Below are positions 36,054 through 51,014 of a stretch of 64,000 nucleotides of DNA, in pieces (the first letter of the stretch is position 1; each line of letters opens with the position of its first letter). A program made the position numbers and the translations under genes. Under the pieces are notes generated by a model that was given only the letters and a program-made list of their open reading frames with translations, did not search any database and was not told where the DNA came from. Location: the NCBI GenBank assembly GCA_012295275.1, contig CM022679.1, positions 3,410,001 through 3,474,000 on the forward strand, in the 5' to 3' direction. This DNA is from Chrysomallon squamiferum. Lineage: Eukaryota; Animalia; Mollusca.

Positions 36054-36734
36054 GGAGAGACAGGAACAGCGAGGAATAAATAACAAAAGCGCGATATAAA
36101 AATGATCTAGAGCCAGAGAAAATAGAAAATGCCTGATTTGGTTACCTAAAAAAAATAAGTTAAATTATGTAATTAACATGGAAAACATATTTAGAGATAA
36201 TATTATGCATACAGTTATTACTTAAAATATTCAAATTATGTCAGAAAGGCAAATTATACTTCGATGCCTTAGATCTATAAACTGTTCTAATGATCCTGTA
36301 TAGCACTGCGGAGGTTCCCAACCTTTCCACTATCAAAGATCAGATTTATTTCAGTGATTATCACCAGAATTACATTGCGATGTATGATGCAAAAACGACT
36401 GTAAAATCTTGAGTTTAAATTAGCTGCAATTTTACACTGAAGCTTTTTGAAATGTGTAACTTAGCTCGCGGGTTCTCTAGCTACTTTTGCGGGACGATGT
36501 CCTATAATAAAGTTTGTGTTTCATTTCGATGATGTTAATCTATGTGAACAAATAATTAATGCATCAGTGATTAGTTATTCTCCGTGGTCTTAGGCGCGCA
36601 TGATATAAAATATTTGGATTTTTACGTTCTTTTCGTCAAGTCGCGATAGAATAGTACAGAGTAACAACGTCCCAGTTGAGACTTTACTAAGTTAATAAGT
36701 GAGTTAGTGAGTAAATAAGTAAGAAAGTAAGTAA

Positions 36735-36765
<31 letters not shown>

Positions 36766-38801
36766 AAGGCTATTTTTATCGACCAATCCTCAGAAAGCGT
36801 GCCCGTCGTTTACGTGCTTCACAACAGCTTGCTCTCATTAGTACGTTAATGTTTTTTTCATTCATTTCATTCATTCACCAGTCCTCTGTATATACTTACG
36901 GCCACGGGAACTACACACTGCCGTCTCGGGTCTGACGCAGGTACTGAGCTCTGAATCGAAATTAAGACCTGCAGGGCACGGCATTGTTACTGGCTTGGTC
37001 GTGTGTTCGGAACAACTATAAAACGTGGTACAATCATTTGGATTAGCATGAATCCCGGGAACTTTACCGCAACAGGTGAATGTGCTGATTGTTAAGGTCT
37101 CTGTTTTCTCAGGAGCGTGTACTCGAACACGTTCTACAGCTTGTTTTCGTGAAGTTACAACTGCAGGAGTTGTCTTTCCTGAACCTGATGTTTCAGAAGC
37201 TGGAGCCGGTCTAAAGAACACGAAACGTCTGTTAGGATAGAATTCTTTACAAAACACAGCTAAGTGCGGCTATGGTGATAACACAACACAGAACTTATAA
37301 TAATCAGTGAGTGCCTTCAGACAAAACGATATAGACCTATTGTCATAAAGCTGTGATAGTACAGTAGGTTTTATAATGAATTAGTTGTTTTGGCAACAAA
37401 CATAACATTATTTTCAATGATTAATCAATTTCATTTGGATTAATTGTGGCAGATGTCTTAAAGCCATGTTTTACATTGCTTCTGTTTACGTTCATTTCCT
37501 TACAGAGGGTTCTTTGTAACAGTAGAAAAAGAGGATTATGATCACTGGCTAATTTAATCAGTATGATAAAATATCACAGGTGTTAATTATTATGAAACTG
37601 GAACCAATATGATAAAACATTACACAGACTTTATTGATGAAATGACGATCAATAAAATCAAATAAAAAAAAAAAATAATTAAAAAAAAACCTTTCAATAA
37701 TATACTATTAAAAAAAAAAAAAAAAAATAATAAAAAAGATAAAACACTTTAAAGTAACAAACAGTAAACAATGATTAGAAATATTATCAACATACACTTT
37801 ACAAAAACATTCAAGCTTAGTATCTGAATGACAACAAGACAAACGACGAAAACATCAACCATTAAAATAAGAATGTATATCTTTTTATATTTACAGCACC
37901 AAAAAGCCATTAACAGAGATATCTTTAGATTTATGCTCCTGTACAATTCGTACCTGCTACTTCATTCTACTTACTGGTCTGGGAGTCCGCAGGTTTGAAT
38001 TTCCTCGACTGCCGCATTGAGGAGAGGATAGCTTCCGAGGCCACAAGCTTTTCCATTAAAATCATCCAGAGCTAAAGACCAAAACATTATTCCTCCATAG
38101 CCCTGTTTCTTTGCGAAGCACACCTGAAATTATGTGCAAAACCAAAAAAAAAAAAATGTCATTTGCATTCTAAATGACAATGGTAAAAAAAAAAAAAAAA
38201 AAATAGGAAAAAAAAAAAAAAAAAAAAAAAAAATAAATAAAAATATAAAATATTGAAAAAAAAAAACTAATCTTGCAAAATTATGTGCAAAACCCCCAAA
38301 ATGTCATTTGTATTCTAATTGACAGCGGTAAAACAAAAAATAGGAAGTAAAAAAAAAAAAAGAAATAAATAAAAATATATATTTTTTTAAAATAACAAAA
38401 TTAATCTTGGAAAATAAACAAATCAAGATAAATCAATATAAATACAAGTTCTACCCACCCACCCCTCTTTTTTAATATCCTTCCCAGAGACTGACAGCAA
38501 ATATAAACTGAGATGTCATTGAGATTTGACTGAATCATGATATACTTCTTGGCTCTGTAAATCGATTTAATTTAAAACACTTTTCGGGGTGTGAAAATAA
38601 CAGTATCAGAACGGCGTCAATTAGATTAAAGTTTTAGATTAGTAAAACAATTACTGACACAGAAACTTCATGTTTGAGTCATAAATGGATGTATTCATGT
38701 TTGTGTATGTATGTATCTATGTATGTATGTGTGTGTATATGTGTGTGTATGTATGTATGTATGTGTATATGTGTGTGTGTATGTATGTATCTATGTATGT
38801 A

Positions 38802-38834
<33 letters not shown>

Positions 38835-38883
38835 ATCTATATGTGTGTGTGTATGTATGTATGTATGTGTGTGTGTATGTATG

Positions 38884-38914
<31 letters not shown>

Positions 38915-39295
38915 ATGTATGGATGAGTTTGTAGGTAAATTTTTATAACATTCCTTCCATCTTCTTCTCCAGTGTTATTGTCAGTGTTTCCTCTGCTTGC
39001 TTGTTAATCGTGTCAACTCTTACCCTTTCTTTGGTGCTGTTGACGTCATCGTATCCCACCCACTGATTTCCTAGCACAAGATAGGGTACATGATGGTATT
39101 CGTCGAAGCGATCCTTTGCACCATTTCTCATCATAAGACAGACCTGATAAAACAGAGTTCATTTTAACCTAGGATATGTATTTGTTAATTTGTTTATGTA
39201 ACTAATGTCAGGTTCTAAATGAGTAAGTTGTAAAATTTATTTTATATTAACAAAAAAAAAAAAAAAAAAAAATGAAAATAATAATAATAATAATA

Positions 39296-39335
<40 letters not shown>

Positions 39336-41224
39336 TAAATAATAAAATAAAAAAAAACATGATATTTCATTCAGTGACCACTAACTGAGTCGTAGCCCAC
39401 TTACTAACAGTACAATTATTTTCGAATTACCTCTTGATAGGAAAGAAATCCCGCCTCTCTCGTATATTTCCCAGCTTTGCCAGCTCCTGCAGTAGGTGCG
39501 CCAAGTTTAGAAGAGTCCGTATACATGAGGGTGAATGATCGGCCATAAAAAGGTATTCCAGCATTTATTTTTGCTTTGGGACAATGTTTTTCATCCCAGT
39601 AATTCAACGCCCATTCCTGAAAAAGATAACAAACAAGCAGAAACTATAAAGGCAGTCGTCTCCAAGATTTTGTTCTCGTAAACAACGCAATACAACGACT
39701 GCCCCGCAGACCCAGCTTGTTTCTCTTCGTTATCAATTTACGATAATTTAATAATTTTTCCCCTATAAAATCATTCGTAACTTACGAAAGTCAAGTGTTT
39801 ATCATCGTCGCTGTCTTCCGTCCTAGCGTAAATAGGGCTGTTGTGACCGGTAACACGGTCCCAGCTCCCGTGGAAGTCGTATGTCATGACGCTGACAAAA
39901 TCCAGTATCCTTCAAAAAAAAAAAATAAATAAATAAATAAATAAAAAAAAAAACGATAAAGAAGATGATTATGGCGATAATGATAATAACACAAAGATCT
40001 AATTGTGGACAATTTATGCTTGTCTGTGTGTTCTTTGTTACGTATACGTGCTTGTGTAAGGTGTGCGCGCGTGTGAGGGTGTTTGTCTTTGAGTTTGTCG
40101 GCAAATGTTTCTGATACTGATTTTTACGAATATTTTCCCCTTTGTTTATTTATTTGTTTTGTTTACGTATAGAAAACTTACGAACAAATTTTTGATACAT
40201 TGTATGCAGTATCAATCACCCATTTCCCAGCGCCCACGGCTGCAGTCAACAAAAGTTTGGGTTTTCCGCCATCTTTGTATTCCTTATCAAATTCATCTCG
40301 CAAAGTCTGGATAAAAAAAAAAAAAAAAAAAAAAAAATTTTTAATAAGGCGTTAACACAATTATTAGGTACAAGGCATTTTTTTCCAGTTTTCTTTGCAG
40401 GGGACATTTTCGGTAAAGCAGTAAGCTGGAATGTATGTAAATAAATAAGAAGATGTATAAAGATCAACTTCTATCATTTTTGTAAGAAAAAAAAAAAAAA
40501 GGAAAAAAGAAGAAATTTATACACTGGTGAAAGACTAAAGAAAGTAAGAAAAGAGATATAAATAATTTTTAACAATACTAGATCAAGATATATATATATA
40601 AAAGCCAACAAAGGAAAAATAGTTCTGATCCTATTTTATTATTTCTTTCATTCTAATTTTCATTTAATTTATTTCATCTGAATATTAATTACCTTTATAA
40701 GTTTTGTGAATTTATTTCTATCATCTGGAGGGCTTCCACGATTGGCCGGGTATTCCCAGTCCAGATCAAGGCCATCAAACCCATGTTTTCTCAGAAATTT
40801 TATTGCCTCCTGCGCGAAATAGGTTCTGGATGCGTTATTTTTGACAAGTTCGTGAAACCTCGTTGATCCTTCGTTCCAACCTCCAACAGCAAGGAGAGTT
40901 TTAACTTGCGAGTTTTGTGATTTGAGATTTTGAAATCTTTCATACCTTGAAAAATAAAAATGACTCTAATATGAAACCGTCTACTTCTCTGATCACATGT
41001 CACTTTTTATAATATTACTTTAGCAGCTTTCAAACACACAGCAACAACAAAAGGTTCACATACACGTCTTTATGTTTCTTAAAGTAACAAAACTAGCAAG
41101 ATATATATGTGAGTGAGTGTGTGTGTGTGTGAGTGTGTGTGCGTGTTTGTATATATATATATATATATATAACAACAGTTATTGAAAGAAACATTCAGGA
41201 AGAGAGGAGAGTGTGTATATGTGT

Positions 41225-41290
<66 letters not shown>

Positions 41291-41349
41291 AGAAAAAAGT
41301 TCTTCGAAGTAGCAAAAATTCAATAATGTATGTATATGCATGCATGTAG

Positions 41350-41384
<35 letters not shown>

Positions 41385-41597
41385 TGTATGTATGTATGTA
41401 TGTATGTATGTATGTATGTATGTATGTATGTATGTATGTATGAATGAATGTATGAATAGATGTGTATGTTATATGCCTGTCTGAATCTGTGCATACAAAC
41501 ATTTACTTACATTCCTGTACTCCATTGTGTGGATAAGTCGTTGTCTTCATGGTGTTCAATTATCACTGTAAATGTTTTTAAAGGAAAAAAAGCATTA

Positions 41598-41692
<95 letters not shown>

Positions 41693-41851
41693 GTCTGGAT
41701 GTTGCTTTTATTTTTATTATTATTATTATTATTGTTGTTGTTGTTGTTATTATTATTTTATTATTCTTGTTGTTGTTGTTGTTATTATTATTTTATTATT
41801 GTTGTTGTTGTTGTTGTTATTATTATTTTATTATTGTTGTTGTTGTTGTTG

Positions 41852-41883
<32 letters not shown>

Positions 41884-42919
41884 TTTAACTATTATTTTTA
41901 TTATTATTTTTAATACATACCTCCTGAATCATTTGAGAACAGTGTGGCAAAAGCATATATTAAGTGAGTACACAGTTTAGGATTGACATTTTCGGGGAGG
42001 AACTTTCCGATGCCAACTCTGTACTGAGACCAGTTTGTATAGTAGCAAACTCTTCTAAATTCTGAAACACAGAGACGACAAATATCACACCTGTAAACAG
42101 TCACCTGAAGTCAAGTTCATGTCCACAGTGAAATATTACAGTTACATACTTGTTAACTTTTTAAATATGTTGTTGCTATATAGAGCTGAAACAGTGAAAA
42201 ATTCCGATGCTTTTTTTTTAGGCACGCTTGCCTCACCAATACTTTCCTGTCATTTCCCCGCACCCCCCAAAAAAAATAAAATAAAAAATAAAAAATAAAA
42301 AATAAAATAAAAATAAATAAAACAACCGGTTCACCTTCTATTGTTAGGAAATAATGCTTGCATTGGAATGCAGTAGTTACTGCACCAATTACTCTTGCAG
42401 ATTTGTTTCCTGTTACAATTTTCCAGCACGATCTTAATCCCTTTACGATTCCTGCAGTTTTGTTGTCTGCACAACGTACCCCCCAAGTTTTTCAAGTTGA
42501 ACATTCATTAAAAAGCAATTTCACTATTTAGTAACTGACAAATGATCTATTTTAATGGAAAACATAATTACAAATACGAAATGGGCACCTTCTTAAACAA
42601 AGGATGCCGTGCTGATAAGTTGAATGTGGAGTAGAAATATCAGTTCTAGTATGAGCATTAGTAACAGGGTCCCATTACTAAAACTTCCGCCATCACCACT
42701 AGGCCTACTACTACTACTACTGTTGCTGCTACTGCTACTGCTACTTCTACTAATTTACAACTACAACTATTTCTGTTGCTTCTAGTGTAACTACAAATAC
42801 AACAACTACTGTTATTATTTTTGGTACTAAAAGAGCTATTACTGTAACTGTTATAAACTTTTTGCTACAGTTACTGCTATTACTAATTTTATCATGTCGG
42901 TGCACTAGACATAAAAGAG

Positions 42920-42956
<37 letters not shown>

Positions 42957-43229
42957 TTTAGTGGGTAAACAGGTAGTTTTAGGCTTGATGGATGGTATCA
43001 TTAATCACTTTGGTGCACAATAGTTATTTACTTTTCCAGATAACGACATCTAACTGATTTATCGGCTTGCCTTGTATTACCTCAGCTGCTAATTGGTAAA
43101 ACATCATCATTATACTAACACTGGACACAGGCAACACTAGTTGAACACTAGAGTGGTAATACTCTTACCTTGAGCCGATGTTCCCATCAGCGCCAGAATA
43201 ACAATGATCGCTATTGTCATCATCTTCAT
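35744..43229 (-). CDS. Secreted GH18 chitinase (CHIT1/CHIA-like) with S/T/P linker and two CBM14 chitin-binding domains, 566 aa; exons 43229-43169, 42061-41921, 41565-41511, 40945-40693, 40306-40182, 39909-39786, 39616-39431, 39143-39024, 38123-37975, 37210-36900, 35919-35744
   Basis: The signal peptide is [21 protein letters not shown]18 motifs are [32 protein letters not shown], the intact catalytic [47 protein letters not shown] and [13 protein letters not shown]. Two Cys-patterned CBM14 domains follow. All junctions are GT-AG with consistent phases. Confidence 0.95.
38127..38410. repeat. ~150-bp tandem duplication of the acceptor region upstream of chitinase exon 38123-37975
   Basis: aaattatgtgcaaaacc...aaatgtcatttg(c/t)attctaa...tgaca..ggtaaaa...taggaa...taatcttg occurs twice in tandem. 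Confidence 0.7.
38695..38920. repeat. (TATG)n/(TG)n compound microsatellite
   Basis: Visible in a chitinase intron. Confidence 0.85.
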
Positions 43230-43883
43230 CTGAGAAACAAAGAAAAAAGACAAATTAAAGAAAAAAAAATAGGAAAGAATATATTAATGAAAAACAAACC
43301 AATAAACAAAAAAAAAAAAAAAAAAGAAGATAAAAAAGCAACTAGTTATACTTTTTTATATTAGTGAAAACGAAATGTTTATCATACCGAGGCCTGTGTA
43401 ATAGCAATTCCTTTCTCTGTTATTTTATAATGAATTAGTGTCAAAACAGCTCAAAACGTTAGAATTACTTTTTATCAATAAAACTATTAGGATTAATACC
43501 ATTGTGACTGCATCCCATTTTGCCTACAGCGTATAACGACATAATTAGGGTCTTTAACTGGGGATTAAATGCTTGAGTGATTATGACGATCTACCTGTAT
43601 CATCTGCCTCTAGGTAAGAGAGAAGCCGGGCAGGTGAAAGAGAAGCAATATTGCGAGAAGATGGTTAAGTAAGAAAAAAGCTGTTAACAAGTTTAATTAA
43701 GATACTCGATCATCATTAAGGTACTCGATAAATAATGTAATGCGTAATATAAATTTTCATTTCATTACCGGTCCCGATTCGTAGGGTACCGACTCCAAAC
43801 CAGAGCTGAGATGTGTGCCAGATCAGCGCGCTTGAACCTCAATTGGATAATTTCATTTCAAGACAGGACCGTTGCACTATACT

Positions 43884-43919
<36 letters not shown>

Positions 43920-44210
43920 AACGTCCCTACAAACCCGTGTAGGCAAAGTGGGGTATAGCCACAATGAGATGCACCCGTAATAGCTGTGTCTCAGACCGAG
44001 CCAAACAAAAAACTGACCCATTTACAGTAACTTTGTATTAAGATATGTATGTAAAAATAATGATAATAAAACATATAAGAAACTTTTTGAAAGACATTGA
44101 ATCCTTCTTGCGTTAAGTATGTTTGCACTCCACTACCCTATCTTATAGATATGACGAGACAAACATTTCATTTTGGTTACAGGTATAGTTCAGTACATGA
44201 TTTCTCATGC

Positions 44211-44372
<162 letters not shown>

Positions 44373-44440
44373 CATTCAATTAAAGATATCAAATAAATGT
44401 TTTAAATTTATTTAGCATATAAGATCTAAAAATTACTTAC

Positions 44441-44515
44441 TGCGAGAATTTCACGAGCAAAGCTGAATTCAAAGCGACCACAGCGATCAGTACGAAAAGA
44501 TGTCTGATTTATATT
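44441..44515 (-). promoter_or_regulatory. Candidate chitinase TATA box and non-coding first exon
   Basis: There is a minus-strand TATAAAT at ~44513-44507 and a donor gtaagt at 44440-44435. The first coding exon begins ag|ATG, so an upstream non-coding exon is required. Confidence 0.45.
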
Positions 44516-47426
44516 CAGCGCAGCAGTTATTGATAGCCCTTGCAAAATGGAAATAACCATTATTAATACATAATATAAACATAAAACATAACGAATACAA
44601 ATATGATATTCGAATTTTGAAGAAAACGGATACCACATTAAGAGTTTATTGTTTAAACATTGGTAACATATATCCCCGTACTTAAATTTGTCGTGAATTG
44701 TTGTGAAATGTGATCGAGGAGAAGAAAAAAATGCTGAATTCAGCAAACTAAATTTAAATTCGTAACATATTTCTTTATTTAACTCTATCTTGAGTTGTTT
44801 TAAAACGTCTGGCTCATTGGAGGACTAATGCCAAACTAAACTCAGGTCATGTTATAACCCACAAGTCAATTAACTCCCGGAAATTCAGTGCGTACTTGAA
44901 TAAATATTTTCTGTATGAATCCATAATAATAATAGTAATAATAATATTGAAATAAACAAAAACAACACAATAACAACTACGACTACAACAACAACAATAA
45001 TAATAATAATAATCAGAAGGTGAAGCATATGCTGATTAAAAAACAAGAAATTGTTTATGTAGTTTAATTTTAGCTTTAAAGATTTAGCCACCAGAAAACT
45101 TATCAGTCTGCAATGTCCATCAAGTGAGTTTTGATATCAGAGTAATTACAAATCCATTATGAATCTGTTTACCAGTTTAGTAAGCAAATTCAGCTTGCAT
45201 CATGGATTAATTATAGAAAATGTTATTCTTTGCTCTGACAAAAACGTAATTTAACTCCTGAGAAAACTATATTGGGTTTGTTAACTCCGTTGAAAATTAT
45301 ACCTTTTTTGTTTATTTATTTAACACTTTGTTTTTCTTAATAGTTAAATTTTTCTGGGTTATCGAATATAAATGTAATTAGATTTACTCACTTAAGGATT
45401 TGTTTAAAAAAATGTATCCAGAAAAAAATGCTTAAACGAGATAAAGATCGTATTTTTGTTTTTATTTTCTATCATATTATGAATTATTAAATAATTTATA
45501 CATAAATTTCTGAAAAAATAAAATAAAAACGATCTTTTTTTTTTTGTTTATTTATTTTTATGTGAATCATGAAGTATAACCTTTCACAGTGCATCGTATA
45601 TTTTAATGTTTTACTGCATTGTTCACATCAAAGTGACAGCATCAGCAATAATACTAGTCTAAACTGATTTCATGGTGCGAACAGCTGGTGCTCATATTCA
45701 TGTCGACATGAAAAAGTATAACGGTCGTTTTCTTTCTAGTTTTTATAGAGAATAATGTATTAATAATATATATATATATATAATAAAATTGAAATCCAAA
45801 TGAAAATGGTTTAACGTGAGCTCTAAATATTGTTTTTAGATATTGAGCTTTTCATAAATGTTATATTTTGGGGACTAGTGTTGTATATTAATTTAAAACA
45901 AGTCGGTCGGTAATATTAATTTCACCGTGGTATTATTTGTCAATTATTTAAAAACAAAACGGTAACGACACTGGCAAAACCTCTTAAAACGAAAACAAGA
46001 AAAACAAGAAAGAACCATGAAAAAAAACTAAACGTTCAAGAGGTTTCGTACGTCGTGTAAAAAGGACTTTGAATGAGGGTTGTTCAATGAAGACATTTTT
46101 TTTTGTTTTGTACCCCATATACGAAATCGTTTCAAACAGAAGTTTGACGAATATGGCTTCGAATACTTCCCTTAGCTTAAGATCTGGGCAAGTCCAAACT
46201 GCAAGCTCAACCGTGTTGGTTATAATGACAGACAAATATCATTCCGATTGACAATACTCACTGATCTTCTTAGATTATTCCACTTTTTCCTATATTTTCT
46301 GTGTTCTCCTTTTGGAATGAATTATTCCATCAGTCATGAAGCACTGTTGATGTCTTTGTAAACTGAAAAATTCAATTTTGCCTCGATTCCTTATATCATC
46401 ACCTAATTTCAACCAAAGAAATTAGTCACTCATTCTTCTCCGTTTTCTTTACTTTTTTTTCTTTAAAATAAGCGAAGACGACGACCAGTGTCTAAACAGC
46501 TCTAGAAGATGACTAAGCTAAAAACAGAAAACACTCACACGGGCTTACTTTATTATTTATTTTTATTTTTTCTTCTCCTAAGACAGGTCGCTGACGAAGT
46601 AGGATGACATTGTTAAGTGATTCATGACACTCATCTCTGCAGAAGCATTCTGTTCAAAAAGCGTCTTTTGGGGCCGGCTATCTATAAATATTCCAGTAGA
46701 AATCTGTATGAAAATGTGTAGCAAACAACAAATGAATAATTATTATTTTAAAAGTTCGTCTAAAAAATAAATTGTTTAGTTTCGAAAGATTAAATATGTT
46801 GAAAAACAACAAAAACACAAAAAGCCCCCTAAAACCCAACAGAAAAAAACCCCGCATACTCTTAGAACATACATTCAACTGATAAAATCGGATACATGCT
46901 ATTTTTAAACACATATAAGTAAAAAAAACAACAACAAAAAACCCAACAAGAACCAATGAAAAAGAACAACAAAAAACAAAAACCTAACAACAATCAACCA
47001 AAAACAAATCAAACCATTAAACTCTGACATACAAATCTTCTTATTATGCTTACATTTTAGAGAAATGCATATTTAACATTTTACCGCAGTACTATTATTT
47101 CAAAATATTTATTTTATTTTAGTAATATATTCAGACGAAAACGCAATATACGATAAACGAATTTGTGAATGATTAAGTGAAATAAAATTGTTCATTTTTT
47201 GGTTATTATAATTGTGGATTTTATTATTATTATATTGTCTTCGTATATATATAAATTCAATAAAAAAATAAAAAAATAAAAAAATAAAAATAAAATATGA
47301 TAAATGGAATTGTAAAACAAAAGCGGATGTCATCAGACCAACTGAACAGTTCCTTAGGTCTAAAAAATGTATGCACGTTCGTACGTATGCATGTTTGTAC
47401 GTGTATTTAATGCATATGTATGTATA

Positions 47427-47467
<41 letters not shown>

Positions 47468-48503
47468 TTTGAATATTGTCTGTCTTATGAACGTCTGATT
47501 AATCGCTGCCCATAGAGAATATTCGGGAATGCACTGGCATAGGACGATACAGTCCAATCACGAGCTCACAAACCTCGTCAGATACCGTATTACACCCATT
47601 AGTCCGCACTCCGACGACAAACCTATGTTTGTATATACATTCACATGCATATATGTTTGTATGTACGTATATATATATGTATGATTGTATATGTATGATT
47701 GTATATGTATGTATATATGTATATATGTATGTAAAAGTACTTCAGTAATTAAACGAACTGTCTAATTATGCCTTTGGGCTGTTTAGATATCATCAGTGAT
47801 GTTACAGATTTTAAGTATGTTTATAAAATATAACTGATTGTAATGAATTATACCTGAATGTGAATCAATGTGTACGATAGTTTAATACGCGTGGAATCAG
47901 CTATCATAATTTCAAAATGACAGTCAAATGAATAAAAAGACTTCGATAATTTCAAACCTCAAATTTTTATTTTTTTATTTTTTTATTTTTTTGCCGATAC
48001 AAAAGGGAACTTTACTGGACATTCACTACAATTACATAAGTAATTATACAAATAGATGGATTTCATAGTCACAATACATAGAGTCAGAATACACAGAGTC
48101 AGACAGACATCTAAGGTAAACCATATGCTTCCTTGGATGAGAGATTGAACATTTGGCAAATATAATATTGTTGATGAAAACATTATGATGAGACACGTTT
48201 CTGTCATAAAACTGCATTTAGTATTATGGTCTGCTGTTAAATTAGGCTTGTCTTATTTAATAATTAAAACAGTTACATTTGTTTGGATGTACAAATATTT
48301 TTAAGTAGGAATTTATTTAATGCACTCTTTCTTCTGTGGTGCTGTTGATTTAATAAACTAGTGAAAATACTGGTTCATCTGCTGATTCTGTTCTGGCCAT
48401 GTAACAGAGTAACAGTGTAACTGTATAGTAGCAACAAATATTGATATAGTTTTTCACAAACACAAATGCATACGTAGACAATAAATACATACACATATAT
48501 ATA

Positions 48504-49998
48504 TACTCTCCCAAAAAAGAAACGCAAAATGGTTGATTTCTTAGATAACTATTGTAAACTGACACATATCGATGTACAAACTATGAGTATAATGACATTT
48601 GGTGATTCAAACATATATCTTTTGTAACAGGCGCCAAAAAGCAGGTAACACAAAATAAGGCTATGATCGTGTTTATTAGCCAAAACATCCCCGCATGCAA
48701 ACCACGTTACCAGTGCATGTGCACGTACGGCACATGAAACTTGAATACGAGGGTTATAAAAATGCAAGGTTTTCGAATACTTCTGTTCGTTATTTTTGTT
48801 CTGACCCACCATCAAACAAATGCCACGACTGAGTGAACCGCAACGATACAACACCATCGGCCGTTTACAAGCTGGCGAATTCTTCTCGGCCGTAGCCCGG
48901 GTGTTCCACGTATCCCCAAGCACCATCTTGAAATTGTGTATCGGTTCCAGCAACACCAAACAACATGTGACGGTCCCAGATCAGGAAGACCATGTGTAAC
49001 CACCAGGGCCCAGGACCACTACATACGGGTACTCCATCTACGGGAAAGGACCACCACGGCAACCTCTACTGCTTCAGCAATACCAGGTCTACGTAGAATA
49101 TCGGCTGAGACAGTGCGCAACCGTTTAGAGAGGCAGGTATTCGAGCCAGACGGCCCGTAAGAAGAGTGATTTTGACTCAACAACATCGTCGACTACGACG
49201 TCAGTGGTGTCAAGTGCACAGAGTTTAGCCTCAATTACGATGGAGAACTGTCTGGTTTAGTGACGTGGCTCGATTTCTGCTTCGTCGAGCTGAAGGAAGA
49301 TGTCGAGTTTACAGACGTCGTGGTGAACGTTTTGCTGCAAACAGCATACAGGAAGCGGACAGATTTGGCGGTGGTAGTGTGATGGTGTGGGCAGCAATCT
49401 CATACACTGGAAGGACCAACCTGGTTCACATCCAAGGCAACTTAACAGCACAGAAATACCGATATGAAATTTTGCAGCCACATGTCGCTCCAGTTATGAA
49501 TAATAGTGACGCTGTATTCTAGCACGACAATGCGAGACCACATACAGCCAAACTCACAACAGCGTACCTACACAACAAAAACATTCAGGTCCCGCCCTGG
49601 CCCTCTAAATCTCCGGATTTGAACCCTATAGAGCATTTATGGGACGAGTTGGATAGACGACTGAGGCAACATCAACCACAGCCACAGAATCGTGCTCAGT
49701 TGGCATTATTACTACAGACAGAGAGGGCCACCATTTCACAAGGTGTAATTCGTAATGTCATTACTGCCATGGGATGGAGATGTCAGGCAGTTCTGGACTC
49801 CCATGGTGGGCACAAAAGGTATTGATATTTACTTTTATAATCTTGAACTTTAACCTTTTCAATGTAATACCATCAATATTAATGAATTGCAAAAGTGTGT
49901 GTAAAATGTGAACATTCTGCTGCTTTCTGTTGATCCATTAGATGGATATTCCCAATGTCAATAAAAATCTACTTTTGCGTTTCTTTTTTGTTAGAGTA
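48504..49998 (+). mobile_element. Full-length, decayed Tc1-family DNA transposon (~1.5 kb)
   Basis: The 26-bp TIRs are TACTCTCCCAAAAAAGAAACGCAAAA (left) and TACTCTAACAAAAAAGAAACGCAAAA (right, reverse complement), a 24/26 match. TA flanks both ends (48502-48503, 49999-50000), and a transposase remnant lies inside. Confidence 0.93.
48820..49825 (+). pseudogene. Tc1 DD34E transposase pseudogene (frameshifts and in-frame stops)
   Basis: Readable motifs are MPRLS..., PRSGRP.VTT..QD, VWFSD, GGGSVMVWAAI, HDNARPHTA, WPSKSPDLNPIEHLWDEL and GGHKRY*. There are 34 residues between the D of DNARPH and the E of NPIE. At least three frameshifts and two TAG stops are present. Confidence 0.92.
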
Positions 49999-51014
49999 TA
50001 CATACAAATACAAACACATACATAAAACTTTTTTTTGTTTTTGTTAGGTTGCTTCTGTTTGCGTGGATACACGTTTTAAATTTTGATAATTTAATATCAC
50101 CATCTCAAAATAAACATATTATACATACGTATATACATAAATAAACGTACAAAAACATAAAGCAAATTACCTACTCAAACATGATACTTTTTAACGATGG
50201 TGTGAGAACTGCACAAATATACTTAATGGCACTGAAACACAGTCATTCGTAACACCGTATGAAGGCCACAGAATCACCAATGTGTAACCCGTAGAATACA
50301 GTTTTGAAATATCTGATGTTTAAAACATATGGGCATATTTACAAAACATACTAGAACCTAGGTTTTGTCATAGTATTGGCTGAATATCATGGTCTGGTGT
50401 TAAATTAATCTGGTCTCATTTAATTATCAAAACGGTTACATTGTCTTGATATACTGCTACAAATATTTAATGTAAAAATATACATTTCTGTTTACTTAAT
50501 ACATTGTTTCTTCTATGGTGCTGTTGATTTATTAACTACTGAAAATACTGCTTTATCTTATGATTGTCTCTTAGCTACGTATCAAATATTGGCATAAATT
50601 CTCTGTTTCAGAAACACAGATATATATGATAATAATAAATACATCTATATACATATGGATGTCCACAGATAGATAGATAGATAGATAGATACAATTTCAA
50701 TGAATTTTATGTATCTTCTGCCTACTGGGATACATATTTTAAATTGATATTTTCGACAGTTTAATACCAGCATCTCAAAATAAATGTATCAAATGAAATA
50801 AAAGTTATAAAACAACATTCTAAATATTTTCGACATTACACAAAATGACAAAATTTATCTTTTGAGATATTAAATAACTGAAATAAAAGAAAGCCCCTCA
50901 CCACATAAAACACCTGAGTATATTTATTATGTTATTTACAGGTGTTGTATGTACAGTTATAATCAACAATTTCCATCGTTTATTACTACATTGTAAAATA
51001 TAAAAGTATATACA

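Noticed and set aside
36300-36500. Possible hAT-like terminus (gaggttcccaacctt)
   Set aside because: No matching inverted end or 8-bp TSD was found.
43765-43860. Possible SINE-like fragment (also ~11070-11160)
   Set aside because: It only resembles remembered repeats. There are no clear A/B boxes, no TSD and no second copy in the window; a repeat-library search is needed.
45984-46430. Possible retroelement or coding remnant (NVFIEQPSF, faintly copia-like)
   Set aside because: The similarity is too short, with no supporting motifs or termini.
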